Source of the DNA: an uncultured Acidimicrobiia bacterium
GTDB taxonomy: Bacteria; Actinomycetota; Acidimicrobiia; Acidimicrobiales; AC-14
Direction: 5' to 3'
NCBI GenBank assembly: GCA_963836205.1
Contig: CAWIIV010000015.1
Span: 160,001 to 224,000, forward strand
Length of the DNA: 64,000 nt
The position numbers and the translations under genes are program-made. Below the pieces are notes generated by a model. That model saw nothing but the letters and a program-made list of their open reading frames with translations, had not been told where the DNA came from and made no database searches. How positions within the stretch are numbered: position 1 is the first letter of the stretch; the number at the start of each line of letters is the position of its first letter. Below are positions 9,457-19,256 of the stretch, piece by piece.

Positions 9457-9576
9457 CGCCCAACTGGTGACACATCTGGTGGTCCTGGCCACCGGATCCG
9501 TCACCGGTTCGCAGACAACGCCCAACTGGTGACACATCTGGTGGTCCTGGCCACCGGATCCGTCACCGGTTCGCAG
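9457..9576. repeat. Two identical 58-bp palindromic units (9457-9514, 9519-9576), REP-like or bidirectional terminator
   Basis: cgcccaactggtgacacatctggtggtcctggccaccggatccgtcaccggttcgcag occurs twice with a 4-nt spacer. Each unit folds as a long imperfect hairpin and lies between convergent genes. Confidence 0.85.
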
Positions 9577-9582
9577 GGGGGC

Positions 9583-10470
9583 TCAGGTGTCGTCCTGGGC
9601 CCGGACGGCCTCGGCCTGGGCTCCGACGACAGCCAGGTCCTCCACCCCGGTGACCTGGATGGCCCCGGCGCGGTAGCGGCGGCGCTGGCGGATCTCGAGG
9701 CGGCGGGCCACTCGGCTGATGCTGTAGTTCACGATGATGTACATCACGGCCGCCACCGACACCGACTGCAGGGTGTTGTCGAAGAACTCCCCCGCGATCT
9801 GGGACCGTCGCAGGAGCTCCTCGACCAGGATCACGAAGCCGAGCGACGTGTCCTTGAGCAGGGTGACGAGCTGGCTGACGATGGCCGGGATCATGCGCCG
9901 GAAGGCCTGGGGGACGACCACCAGCAACATCGTCTGCCAGTAGCCGAGCCCGACGGCGAAGGCGGCTTCGGTCTGGCCCCGGTCGAGGGAGAGGATCCCG
10001 GCCCGGAAGACCTCGCCCAGGATGGCGCTGTTGTACAGCGTGAGGCCGAGCACAAGGGCGTTGAACTTGGAGATCTCGAGGCCGACCTCGATCAGCCCGT
10101 ACCCGCAGAACAGGATGAGGACGTAGAGGGGCAGGCCCCGGAAGAACTCCACGTACGTGGCCGCCAGGAACCGCACCACGAAGGTCCGGGACAGGCGGGC
10201 GAGAGCGAGGAGCGTCCCCAGCACGATCGACAGGCCCATCGCCAGGCCGGCCACCTTCAACGTGGTGAGCAGCCCGAGCAGGAAGAACCTCCACTGCCTC
10301 CAGATGGTGAACGGCCTCCAGACGTCGCCATCGAACTGGCCCCGCTCCTGGAGCCGCAGCACGAGCATCACCAGCAGTCCGACGATCACCACCACTGCCA
10401 CCACCGAGGCGACCCGCGCCTGGCGACGACCGCGGGGCCCGAGGGCGTCGGCGAGGACGGGGGCGGTCAC
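9583..10470 (-). CDS. gluD: Polar amino acid (glutamate) ABC transporter permease
   Basis: LADALGPRGRR N-terminus, YVEFFRGLP, EAA motif (GQTEAAFAVGL) and LKDTSLG. Confidence 0.85.
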   Translation of the reverse strand: MTAPVLADALGPRGRRQARVASVVAVVVIVGLLVMLVLRLQERGQFDGDVWRPFTIWRQWRFFLLGLLTTLKVAGLAMGLSIVLGTLLALARLSRTFVVRFLAATYVEFFRGLPLYVLILFCGYGLIEVGLEISKFNALVLGLTLYNSAILGEVFRAGILSLDRGQTEAAFAVGLGYWQTMLLVVVPQAFRRMIPAIVSQLVTLLKDTSLGFVILVEELLRRSQIAGEFFDNTLQSVSVAAVMYIIVNYSISRVARRLEIRQRRRYRAGAIQVTGVEDLAVVGAQAEAVRAQDDT

Positions 10471-11114
10471 CTTCGGAACGCGACCTTGTGCTCGATCCAC
10501 CCGACCACAGCCCCGGCGGGAAGGGTGAGGACCAGGTAGGCCAGGCCGGCGCCGAGAAGGGCGGGAAAGAACTGCGCCTCGGCCGAGCCGATCGCCTCGC
10601 CGGTTTTGGTGAGGTTGGGCACGGCGATGATGGTGACGAGAGCCGAGTTCTTGATCAAGGCGATGAAGATGCTGCCCAGGGGCTGGACGACCGTTCGCAT
10701 CGCCTGGGGCATGATCACCTGGCCCAACGTCTCCGGGAACGTCAGCCCCAGCGACCGGCCCGCCTCCGCCTGGCCGACGGCCACCGAGTTGATCCCCGCC
10801 CTGACCGCCTCGGCCACGAACGTGCCGGTGTAGGTGGTCAGGACGATGATCCCGACCCAGAACCGGGACATGGAGATCCCGATGGCGGGAAGGAAGCCGA
10901 ACCAGAACAGGAACATCAACAACGCCAGGGGCGTGTTGCGGAAGATGTTCACGTAGGCCGTGCCCGCCGCCCGCAGCGGAGGCACCGGGCTGACCCGGAA
11001 CCCGGCCACGACGGTGCCCACGACGAAGGCCAGGGCGAACGCCACCAGCGTGAGGACGGTGGTGTCCACCATCCCGGCGAGGTAGGCGTCGAGGTTGTCG
11101 ACGACGATGTTCAC
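10467..11114 (-). CDS. gluC: Polar amino acid (glutamate) ABC transporter permease
   Basis: FRVSPVPPLR, FRNTPL, GQAEAGRSLGL and LIKNSAL. Confidence 0.85.
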   Translation of the reverse strand: MNIVVDNLDAYLAGMVDTTVLTLVAFALAFVVGTVVAGFRVSPVPPLRAAGTAYVNIFRNTPLALLMFLFWFGFLPAIGISMSRFWVGIIVLTTYTGTFVAEAVRAGINSVAVGQAEAGRSLGLTFPETLGQVIMPQAMRTVVQPLGSIFIALIKNSALVTIIAVPNLTKTGEAIGSAEAQFFPALLGAGLAYLVLTLPAGAVVGWIEHKVAFRR

Positions 11115-11151
11115 GCCGCCCTAGCCCTTCGGTCGTGGGCCGGTGGCCGGG

Positions 11152-12162
11152 TCAGCCGGTGGTGGTCGTCGTGGCGGCTTCCGTCGTCGTGGTGGCGACG
11201 GTGGTCGTGGTCGCCCCGGCGGCGGTCGTGGTAGGTGCCGGTGCCGGTCCGGCCGAGGTGTAGCGGTCGACGGCCGGCGGCGTGTCGGGCGTCGGGACAC
11301 CGAGCTCGCCCAGGGTGGCCTCGAAGGCCTCCTTCCAGTCGCCGTTGGCGTAGATCTCCTCCAGCCGGTCGTTGACGAAGGTGCGGAAGGCGTCGTCGCC
11401 CCGCTGCACGCCGATGCCGTAGGGCTCGTCGCTGAACTTCTTGCCCACGATCTTGAGGTCGTCGGGGTTGGCGTCCACGAAGCCGAGGAGGATCGAGTTG
11501 TCGGTGCTGACCGCGTCGACGTTGCCGTTGAGGAGGTCGTCCTTGCACTGGCTGTAGGTGTCGTACTCGATGAGGGTCGCCGCGGGTGCCCGCTCCTTGA
11601 TGCGGGTGGCGGGCGTGGAGTTGCGGACACTACAGACGCTCACGCCCGAGACGAGGGACTCGACGCCGGTGATGGTGGTGTTGTCCTTCTTGACCATGAT
11701 GTCCTGGCCCGCGATGTAGTACGGGCCGGCGAAGTCGATCCGCTGCTTGCGGGCGTCGTTGATGGTGTAGGTGGCCACCACCATGTCGACCGTGCCCTGC
11801 TCGATGACCGTCTCCCGCACCGGCGTCGGGGTCTCGATGAACTCGATCTTGTTGCCGAGGTCGGACGCGTCGCCGCCGAAGATGCCGGTGGCGATGAGCT
11901 TGGCGATCTCGACGTCGAAGCCCTCGACCTGGTCGGTGAGCGGGTTCTTCTGGCCCAGGCCGGGCTGGTCGAACTTGGTGCCCACCACGATCTTGCCCTT
12001 GGCCTGGATCTCGGCCATCGTCGAACCGGCGGCGAAGGACGGCCCGCCCGACGTGGTGTCGGAACCGCCGACTGTGGGCGTGTCGTCGTCGTCGCCACAG
12101 GCGGCGCCCATCAGGGCCACCGTCAAGAGCACGATCGGGAACAACCACCGCTGCTTCTTCAT
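11152..12162 (-). CDS. gluB: Glutamate ABC transporter substrate-binding lipoprotein
   Basis: Lipobox GAAC; GTKFDQPGLG, GFDVEIA, VATYTINDARK, FAGPYY and EPYGIG motifs; Thr-rich tail. Confidence 0.88.
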   Translation of the reverse strand: MKKQRWLFPIVLLTVALMGAACGDDDDTPTVGGSDTTSGGPSFAAGSTMAEIQAKGKIVVGTKFDQPGLGQKNPLTDQVEGFDVEIAKLIATGIFGGDASDLGNKIEFIETPTPVRETVIEQGTVDMVVATYTINDARKQRIDFAGPYYIAGQDIMVKKDNTTITGVESLVSGVSVCSVRNSTPATRIKERAPAATLIEYDTYSQCKDDLLNGNVDAVSTDNSILLGFVDANPDDLKIVGKKFSDEPYGIGVQRGDDAFRTFVNDRLEEIYANGDWKEAFEATLGELGVPTPDTPPAVDRYTSAGPAPAPTTTAAGATTTTVATTTTEAATTTTTG

Positions 12163-12201
12163 CCTCTGCCTCCAGGTTGAACGTTGGCCACAAGCACGTG
12201 G

Positions 12202-12990
12202 CTAGTGCTCCAAGATCTTGGATAGGAAGTCGCGCGCCCGCTCGGACTCTGGTCTGGCGAAGAATTGGTCGGGTGGGGCGATCTCGACGATACGGCCTCC
12301 GTCCATGAAGGCTACCCGGCGGGCCGCGGAGCGCGCGAAACCCATCTCGTGGCTGACCACGATCATGGTGGTTCCCTCGGCCGCCAGCTCGATCATCACG
12401 TCGAGCACTTCCTTGATCATCTCCGGGTCGAGGGCCGAGGTGGGCTCGTCGAAGAGCATGAGCTTAGGGCTCATGGCGAGGGCCCGGGCGATGGCGGCCC
12501 GCTGTTGCTGGCCACCGGACAGCTCGGCCGGGTAGGCGTCGGCCTTGGCCGCGATCCCCACCCGCTCGAGGAGCTGCATGGCCTTGTCCTTGGCGTCGGA
12601 CTTCGACATCTTGCGCACCTTGATCGGCCCGAGGGTCAGGTTCTGCAGGATCGTCTTGTGGGCGAACAGGTTGAACGACTGGAACACCATGCCCACGTCG
12701 GCCCGCAGCCGGGCCAGGGCCTTGCCCTCCTCGGGCAGGGCCACGCCGTCGATGGTGATGGTGCCCGAGGTGCAGGCCTCGAGGCGGTTGATGCAGCGGA
12801 TGAGGGTGGACTTCCCCGAGCCCGACGGCCCGATGACCATCAGCACCTCGCCCCGGCCGACCTGGAGGTCGACGTCGTGGAGGACGTGGAGGTCGCCGAA
12901 GAACTTGTTGACCTTGTCGACGACGACAAGGGGCGTGGCGGGGGCGGCCGGCGCCGACGGTGCTGCGGGGGCGGCGGGCGTGGTGGTCAT
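12202..12990 (-). CDS. gluA: Polar amino acid ABC transporter ATP-binding protein
   Basis: GPSGSGKST, LSGGQQQR and FDEPTSALDPE motifs. Confidence 0.93.
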   Translation of the reverse strand: MTTTPAAPAAPSAPAAPATPLVVVDKVNKFFGDLHVLHDVDLQVGRGEVLMVIGPSGSGKSTLIRCINRLEACTSGTITIDGVALPEEGKALARLRADVGMVFQSFNLFAHKTILQNLTLGPIKVRKMSKSDAKDKAMQLLERVGIAAKADAYPAELSGGQQQRAAIARALAMSPKLMLFDEPTSALDPEMIKEVLDVMIELAAEGTTMIVVSHEMGFARSAARRVAFMDGGRIVEIAPPDQFFARPESERARDFLSKILEH

Positions 12991-13415
12991 GCGAAGGCTC
13001 CCTTCCGGGGCAGGCGGCTCGACGCCGCGGCCATGGCCAGCAGACCGGAAAGGGCCACCACGGCCCCCGCCGCCCCCGCGGTGAGCACCCGGCGGAGGGA
13101 GGCGTCGCGGCAGGCGTGGTCGCGGGCCAGGTCGAAGAGGGTGGCGCCGCCGGAGGCAGTGGAGGCGTCGCCCAGGGCGGTGCCGCATTCGACCGAGACT
13201 GCCGCCGCGGGGGCGGCGTCGAACGAGCGCAGGCGGAGGAGGGGATCGTCGACGACGCTGGCATCGACCGGCATGGAGAGGAAGGCGAAGGCGATGACCA
13301 CTCCGAGCACGGCGACGACGGCCGCCAGTCGCCGGGCCCGCACCCGCCGGGGCGCCCGCCGCGCGGCCAGGGACCGTCTGGCCTGCTTGGCTCGCTCGGC
13401 CACCCTCAGTGCCAT
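12987..13415 (-). CDS. Hypothetical two-TM membrane protein
   Basis: Two hydrophobic segments flank a loop with two Cys (ECGTAL...HACRD). The stop overlaps the gluA ATG. Confidence 0.55.
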   Translation of the reverse strand: MALRVAERAKQARRSLAARRAPRRVRARRLAAVVAVLGVVIAFAFLSMPVDASVVDDPLLRLRSFDAAPAAAVSVECGTALGDASTASGGATLFDLARDHACRDASLRRVLTAGAAGAVVALSGLLAMAAASSRLPRKGAFA

Positions 13416-13558
13416 TGCGCCCCGCACTGTACAGAACCGGCGTCTCCCGCCGCAGGAACGGCGGGCGTGCCGCCGGTGGTCGGTTGTGCAGCCGTGCCGG
13501 TCTGTCGCGTACAACTACCGACTCGGTTCACCGCCGGCGGTGTCCGCCCGTTGTGGAG

Positions 13559-13897
13559 TTACCGCAGCGATGCGCAGTTGATGCAGCGGCGGGCCTCGGG
13601 CTTGGCCTCGAGGCGGGCGGGGCCGATGGGCTCCCCGCAGCGCTCGCAGGTGCCGTAGGTGCCGTCGTCGAGCTTGCGCAGGGCGTCCTCCACCTGCACC
13701 AGCGTCTCCTTCAGCGTTCCGACCAGCACGTCGACCTCGCCCCGCTCGGCTGTCACCTGGCTCGTATCGGCGAAGTTCTGGTCGAACGTGATCGATCCCG
13801 CGTCGCCGTCGCCCAGCTCGCCGAGGCGGGCGAGCAGGTTGTTGTGCTCCTCCTCGAGGGATTTGCGCAGGTCAGCAAGGACGGTATCGCTCAACAC
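13559..13897 (-). CDS. TraR/DksA C4 zinc-finger transcription factor
   Basis: DGTYGTCERCGEPIGPARLEAKPEARRCINCA. Confidence 0.92.
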   Translation of the reverse strand: MLSDTVLADLRKSLEEEHNNLLARLGELGDGDAGSITFDQNFADTSQVTAERGEVDVLVGTLKETLVQVEDALRKLDDGTYGTCERCGEPIGPARLEAKPEARRCINCASLR

Positions 13898-13909
13898 AAG
13901 GCCCGTAGC

Positions 13910-14842
13910 CTACCTTGACCGGCCACTCCGGGCGCGGGGATGGGCCGCGTCGTAGATCCGGCGCAGCCGTTCGGTCGACACCTTGGTGTACACCTGCGTC
14001 GTCGAGATGGACGCGTGGCCGAGCAGTTCCTGCACCACGCGGATGTCGGCCCCGTGGTCGAGCATGTGGGTGGCGCACGAGTGACGGAGCACGTGGGGGG
14101 TGAGCCGGCTCCCCAGGCCGACCTTGTCGCCGTAGTGGCGGACGATGCCCCACGCCCCCTGCCGTGACAACCGCCCGCCCCGCACGTTGAGGAACACCGC
14201 TTCCGAGTCGCCCCGCCGGGCCCACCGCTCGGGCGCCATCGCGCCCCGCCCGGCGGGGGCCAGCCACGCCAGCAGCGCCTCCCGCGCCACCCGACCCACG
14301 GGCACCACCCGCTCCTTCGACCCCTTCCCGAACGCCCGCAAGAGGCCGGCGTCGAGGTCGAGGTCGGCGAGCGACAGTCCCACCAGCTCCGACACCCGCA
14401 GGCCGCAGGCGTACAGAACCTCGAGGATGGCCCGGTCGCGGCGGGCAGGGGCGTCGTCGCCCGCCACCGCCCCCAGGAGGGAGAGGACCTCCTCCTCCGA
14501 CAGGGCCTTGGGCAAGCCGGCCGGGACGCGGGGCGGGCCGACCTCCTCGGCCGGGTTGCCCTCCACGTCGCCCTCGTCCTCCAGGAACCGGTGCAGGGAG
14601 CGGACCGCCACCAGGGCTCGGGCCACCGACGACGGCGCCCGCCGGGCGGCCCGCAGGAAGGCCACGTAGTCCTCCACCACCGGTTCGGTCACGTCGGCCA
14701 CGGCCAGTCCCCGTCCGGTGAGGAACTCCGCGTAGGCGGCCAGGTCGCGCCGGTAGGCGGCCAGGGTGTTGAGCGACCGGCCCCGCTCCACCGCCAGCCA
14801 CGACAGGTACTCCTCGGCCTCGACCGGGAGCGGCCGGCTCAC
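13910..14842 (-). CDS. xerD: Site-specific tyrosine recombinase XerD
   Basis: [52 protein letters not shown] and [14 protein letters not shown]. Its position after ald is typical of actinobacterial xerD. Confidence 0.92.
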   Translation of the reverse strand: MSRPLPVEAEEYLSWLAVERGRSLNTLAAYRRDLAAYAEFLTGRGLAVADVTEPVVEDYVAFLRAARRAPSSVARALVAVRSLHRFLEDEGDVEGNPAEEVGPPRVPAGLPKALSEEEVLSLLGAVAGDDAPARRDRAILEVLYACGLRVSELVGLSLADLDLDAGLLRAFGKGSKERVVPVGRVAREALLAWLAPAGRGAMAPERWARRGDSEAVFLNVRGGRLSRQGAWGIVRHYGDKVGLGSRLTPHVLRHSCATHMLDHGADIRVVQELLGHASISTTQVYTKVSTERLRRIYDAAHPRARSGRSR

Positions 14843-15970
14843 TCCGTGAGCAGGGCGATCGGGTCGGCGGCGACGCGGCCGAGGGCCTCCGCCACCGCCG
14901 GGTTGGCCACCTCCCCGGCCACCGTGTTCACGCCCATCCGCAGGGCCGGGTCGAGGGCCACGGCGGCCAGCACCCCGTGCTCGGCCACCTCCACCACGTA
15001 GGGAAGGGTGGCGTTGGTGAGGGCGTAGGTGGAGGTGTGGGGCACCGCCCCGGGCATGTTGCCGACGGCGTAGTGGAGGACGTCGTGGACCACGTAGACG
15101 GGGTCGGCGTGGGTGGTCTCCCGGGTCGTCGCGACGCATCCGCCCTGGTCAACGGCAATGTCGACGATCACCGCCCCCCGCTTCATACCCCGCACCATGT
15201 CGTCGGTGACGACGACGGGCGCCCGCCCGCCGGCCACCAGCACCGCCCCGATGACGAGGTCGGCCTCGGCCACCGCCCGCTCCACCGCCCCCCGGTTGGA
15301 GGCCAGGGTCATGATCCGGCCCTTGTGGATCTGGTCGACCCATCGCAGCCGGTCGAGGTTCTTGTCGAGGAGGATGACCTCGGCCTCCATGCCCTGGGCG
15401 ATCCAGGCCGCGTTCCACCCCACGTTGCCCGCGCCCAGCACCACCACCCGGGCCGGGCGCACGCCGGGGGCGCCGCCCAGGAGGACTCCCCGCCCGCCCT
15501 GCTCCCGCTCCAGGAAGTGGGCCCCGATCTGGGGGGCCATGCGCCCCGCGACCTCGCTCATGGGGGCGAGCAGGGGGAGGGCGCCCCCGCCGCCGGGGGC
15601 GGGCGCGGCGAGCTGCACCGTCTCGTAGGCGAGCGCGGTGGTTTTGGCCGCGAGGAGGGCGTCGGCCACCGCCGGGTAGGCGGCCAGGTGGAGGTAGGTG
15701 AAGAGGACGGTCTCGGTCCGCAGCCGCCGGTACTCGTCGGGCTGGGGCTCCTTGACCTTCACCACCAGGTCGGCCGACCAGGCGTCGTCGGCTATGACGA
15801 TGGACGCGCGCCGCCGCCGCGTACTCGGCGTCGGGGATGGACGAGTCGCGGCCCGCCCCCTCCTGCACCAGCACCCGGTGACCGTGGGCCACCAGCTCGC
15901 GGGCGCCGTCGGGGGTGAGGGCGACCCGGTGCTCGCCCGCCTTGGTCTCGGCCGGGACGCCGACGATCAT
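14839..15970 (-). CDS. ald: Alanine dehydrogenase (frameshift near 15810, probably a sequencing error)
   Basis: N-terminus [20 protein letters not shown] in one frame; [30 protein letters not shown] and NMPGAVP in the adjacent frame. Confidence 0.92.
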
Positions 15971-16224
15971 CCGGCGCAGGAAGGGTCGTCGATGACCACG
16001 ACCGGCGCCTGGCGGGTGGTGGAGTACACCCGGTGGCCGTGGCCGTCGCACTTGTGGGCCACGTTGGCGAACTGGTCGGGGAAGTTGATGACCTCGGCCG
16101 CCGAGTCGTCGTAGTCGCCCACCGGCGCGTCGCCCCGGCCGCGGGCGTCGTTCCGGGCGTTGCACCCCCCGGCGGCCAGGCCCAGGGCCAGGGTCAGCAC
16201 GGCGATTGTCAGCCGTCGTCTCAC
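15967..16224 (-). CDS. Small lipoprotein
   Basis: GAGGAGG RBS, signal peptide ending in AGGC, two further Cys; the stop overlaps the ald ATG. Confidence 0.65.
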   Translation of the reverse strand: MRRRLTIAVLTLALGLAAGGCNARNDARGRGDAPVGDYDDSAAEVINFPDQFANVAHKCDGHGHRVYSTTRQAPVVVIDDPSCAG

Positions 16225-16394
16225 GGTGCCTCCTCGTCTCGGTCCCACACTCCCGCCAGTGTGGCCGAGGCCCGGTCCGGCCGGCGCCGCCGCCAGCGTC
16301 CGGTCGTCCTGTGGGCGCAGGCGTCAGCCTGCCGGGCGAGAGCCATGGTCGGCCGGGAGAGTTGGCCTGTGGGTTGACCATGGCATCCGCGGGC

Positions 16395-17140
16395 GGATGG
16401 CCGAGGGCTGAGGCAATGGAATGTCGCCGTTGGTGCCCCAGTACGTCGTGGCTCCGCCCTGGACATACCAGACACCGGTGGAGGAGCGGAACACGCCGAT
16501 GTCGTGTTGCCGTTACCGTCGAAGTCGGCCGTCTGACGAACCGCATCATCGGTTCGCTGGAACAGGAACACGTCCAGGGTGCCGTTGGCGTCGCTCTGGC
16601 CCGCCACCAGGTTGGTGGCGAGCGATCCGAAGGCCACGAACGCCCGTTGGCGCTGATGGCCGGCACGATACTGCCGCCGCCGCCCGTTGTCGCGGTGCTG
16701 GCCGGCGTGTGCGCCACCAGCGTCACCGCCTCCGTGGCCCGCTGGAAGAGGAAGATGTCGTTGTTGCCGTTGGCGTCGCTCTGGCCGGCCACCAGGTTGG
16801 TGGCGGCCGACCGGAAGGCCACGACCCCCCGATCGGCGCTGACGACCGGGTCGAAACCGACGCCGTTGGCCCTCGTGGTCGCGCTGGCCGGCGTGTGCGA
16901 CACAGCGTCAGCACCCCCGTGGCCTGCTCGAAGAGGAAGATGTCGTTGCCGTTGGCGTCGCTCTGGCCCGCCACCAAGTCGATGGCCGTCGACGAGAAGG
17001 CCACGAACGCCCCGTCGGCGCTGATGGCCAGCTCGATACTGGTGCCGTTGGCCGTTGTCGTCGCGCTGGCCGGCGTGTGCGACACAAGCGTCACCGCCTC
17101 CGTGGCCCGCTGGAAGAGGAAGATGTCGTTGTTGCCGTTG
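16395..17140 (-). pseudogene. Degraded fragment of the beta-propeller/FG-GAP-like repeat gene at 19257-21632
   Basis: About three and a half SHTPASATT...AISADG...GQSDANG repeats plus one DFDGNG...TGVWYVQGGATTYWGTNGDIP unit, with several frameshifts and no start or signal peptide. Confidence 0.8.
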
Positions 17141-17262
17141 GCGGCGGTGCTCAGAGGAAGGGGTCGTAGATGGCGGGAAGGAAACGGAACGGGAATGTCG
17201 CCGTCGGCTCCCCGGTACGTCGTAGACCCCCCGCTCCTACGGTGAGCTCGACGGCAAGGCTC

Positions 17263-18692
17263 AGTTGCGTCCACAGACGTGGTGTACGAGTCGGCGCTGA
17301 GGGCCTGACGGCCTGACCATCCCCCCGACGCGACGACCACCGCGTCAACCTCAGAAGGAAGAGACCAAGCAACCAACTGAGGAGGAACACGGTGGTCCCT
17401 GACACCTTTAGCGCACTCGCCTGGCTGCGCAAGCACATCGACGGCGAGGGCGGCAACGACGTCATCCGCGACATGGTCAAGGTCTTCGCCGAGCAGCTCA
17501 TGTCGGCCGAGGCCGACAACGCCTGCGGCGCGGCCTGGGGCGAGCGCAGCCCGGAGCGGGTGAACTCCCGCAACGGCTACCGCGGCCGTGGCTTCGACAC
17601 CCGGGCCGGCACCATCGAGTTGGCCGTGCCCAAGCTGCGCTCGGGCAGCTACTTCCCCGACTGGCTGCTCGAGCCCCGCCGGCGGGCGGAGAAGGCCCTG
17701 GTGGCGGTGGTGGCCGAGGCCTACGTGGCCGGCGTGTCGACCCGGCGGGTGGACGCCCTGGTGCAGTCCATGGGCATCGACGGGATCTCCAAGTCCCAGG
17801 TCTCGGAGATGGCCCGCAGCCTCGACGCCGCCGTCGACGCCTTCCGCTCCCGGCCCCTCGACGCCGGGCCCTACGCCTACGTGGCCATCGACGCGCTGAC
17901 CCAGAAGGTGCGGGAGGAGGGCCGCATCGTCAACATCGCCTGCGCCGTGGCCTGCGGCGTCAACGCCGACGGGCACCGGGAGATCCTGGGCATGGACGTG
18001 TTCACCACCGAGACGGGAGCAGGCTGGACGACGTTCCTGCGGGGACTGGTGGCCCGGGGCCTGTCGGGGGTGTGCCTCGTCGTCTCCGACGCCCACGAGG
18101 GCCTCAAGGCCGCCATCGCGGGGGCGCTGCCGGGCGCCACCTGGCAGCGCTGCCGGACCCACTTCGTGCGCAACCTGCTCTCCAAGGTGCCCCGCTCGGC
18201 CCAGACCATGGTGGCCACGGGGGTGCGCACCATCTTCGAGCAGCCCGATGCCACCCAGGTCGTCGCTCAGCACGCCCGGGTGGTGGAACAGCTGGTGGCC
18301 AAGTACCCCGAGGCCGCCGGGATGCTCATCGACGCCCGGGCGGACCTGTTGGCCTTCACCACCTTCCCCAAGGAGCACTGGCGCCAGATCTGGTCCAACA
18401 ACCCCCAGGAGCGGCTCAACAAGGAGCTGCGCCGGCGCACCGACGTGGTCGGCATCTTCCCCAACCGGGCCGCCGTGATCCGCCTCGTGGGGGCAGTGCT
18501 GGCCGAGCAGAACGACGAGTGGGCCGTCGCCCGGCGCTACATGTCCCCCGAGCTGCTGGCCAAGGCCCGAATGATCGTCATCGACGGAGGGCTCGATGAC
18601 ACGACCAACGACACCGACCTGGCCAAGGTGGGGTAAACAAGTCCCCGAGGTTGACGTGGTGGTGGTCATACACCACGTCCGTGGACGTGACC
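17263..18692 (+). mobile_element. IS256-family insertion sequence (IS1081-like ends)
   Basis: 24-bp imperfect terminal IRs (17263-17286 agttgcgtccacagacgtggtgta; 18669-18692, 20/24 match) and flanking direct repeat gcaaggctc at 17254-17262 and 18693-18701. Confidence 0.92.
17392..18636 (+). CDS. IS256-family (Mutator-like) DDE transposase
   Basis: RNGYR, VPKLRSG, GVSTRRV, IDA, VSDAHEGL, WQRCRTHF and SNNPQERLNKELRRR motifs. Confidence 0.96.
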   Translation: MVPDTFSALAWLRKHIDGEGGNDVIRDMVKVFAEQLMSAEADNACGAAWGERSPERVNSRNGYRGRGFDTRAGTIELAVPKLRSGSYFPDWLLEPRRRAEKALVAVVAEAYVAGVSTRRVDALVQSMGIDGISKSQVSEMARSLDAAVDAFRSRPLDAGPYAYVAIDALTQKVREEGRIVNIACAVACGVNADGHREILGMDVFTTETGAGWTTFLRGLVARGLSGVCLVVSDAHEGLKAAIAGALPGATWQRCRTHFVRNLLSKVPRSAQTMVATGVRTIFEQPDATQVVAQHARVVEQLVAKYPEAAGMLIDARADLLAFTTFPKEHWRQIWSNNPQERLNKELRRRTDVVGIFPNRAAVIRLVGAVLAEQNDEWAVARRYMSPELLAKARMIVIDGGLDDTTNDTDLAKVG

Positions 18693-19120
18693 GCAAGGCT
18701 CAGCGGCGTAGCCCGTGACGGCGCGCCCGGGGCCGCTCGGTAGACGAGAACTCCCCCCAGTGCAGGGCCGCCAGACTCGCAGACGACGACGTAGGGTGTC
18801 TCGTCCACCGGTGCTTCGGGGCACGGGTTTGCGCCACACGGTCCCTCATCCACCGGCAGCGATTCGCAGGGTGTGGCGGCGCACGGGTCCTCAACGACCG
18901 GACTCGATTCAGGAGTTAGCACCGCACGGGCCATCGTCCGGCACGACCGGTTCACACGGGTTGCGTCGCACGGCCCCTCGTCCGGGAGCACCGATCCACA
19001 GGGCTCGGCGCCACACGGCTCCTCCTCGGCGACGCTCACGCTGCGGGCCCCGCCGAATGCGCCATCGGACCGCCCGCAAGCACGATCAGCGCGAGCAGCC
19101 CCCCGTCGCGCCGGCCAGGT
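18693..19120 (-). pseudogene. Degraded secreted protein with five 15-aa Cys-Pro repeats, cut by the IS256 element (continues at 17151-17262)
   Basis: Signal-like GLLALIVLAGG, then EEEPCGAEPCGSVLP, DEGPCDA..., EDPCAATPCESLPV and DEGPCGANPCPEAPV. The frame rejoins across the IS target site. Confidence 0.5.
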
Positions 19121-19256
19121 GCGGATCCGGCCTTCGGTTGACGGTATCGGACCGTGCACACGGTGGAATCTCGAGCATCTGCCACCCAGCGGTGAACGAT
19201 GATGAACCTGCTCGGACCGGGACCGAACCCCTGAGGCCGTGCGTGGACGCTCGTGC

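Noticed and set aside
9457-9576. Possible mini-CRISPR array
   Set aside because: Only two 58-bp units with a 4-nt spacer, and no cas genes in the window.
13910-14842. Tyrosine recombinase as a prophage or island integrase
   Set aside because: Sequence and ald-linked position fit housekeeping XerD; no att sites or phage genes nearby.
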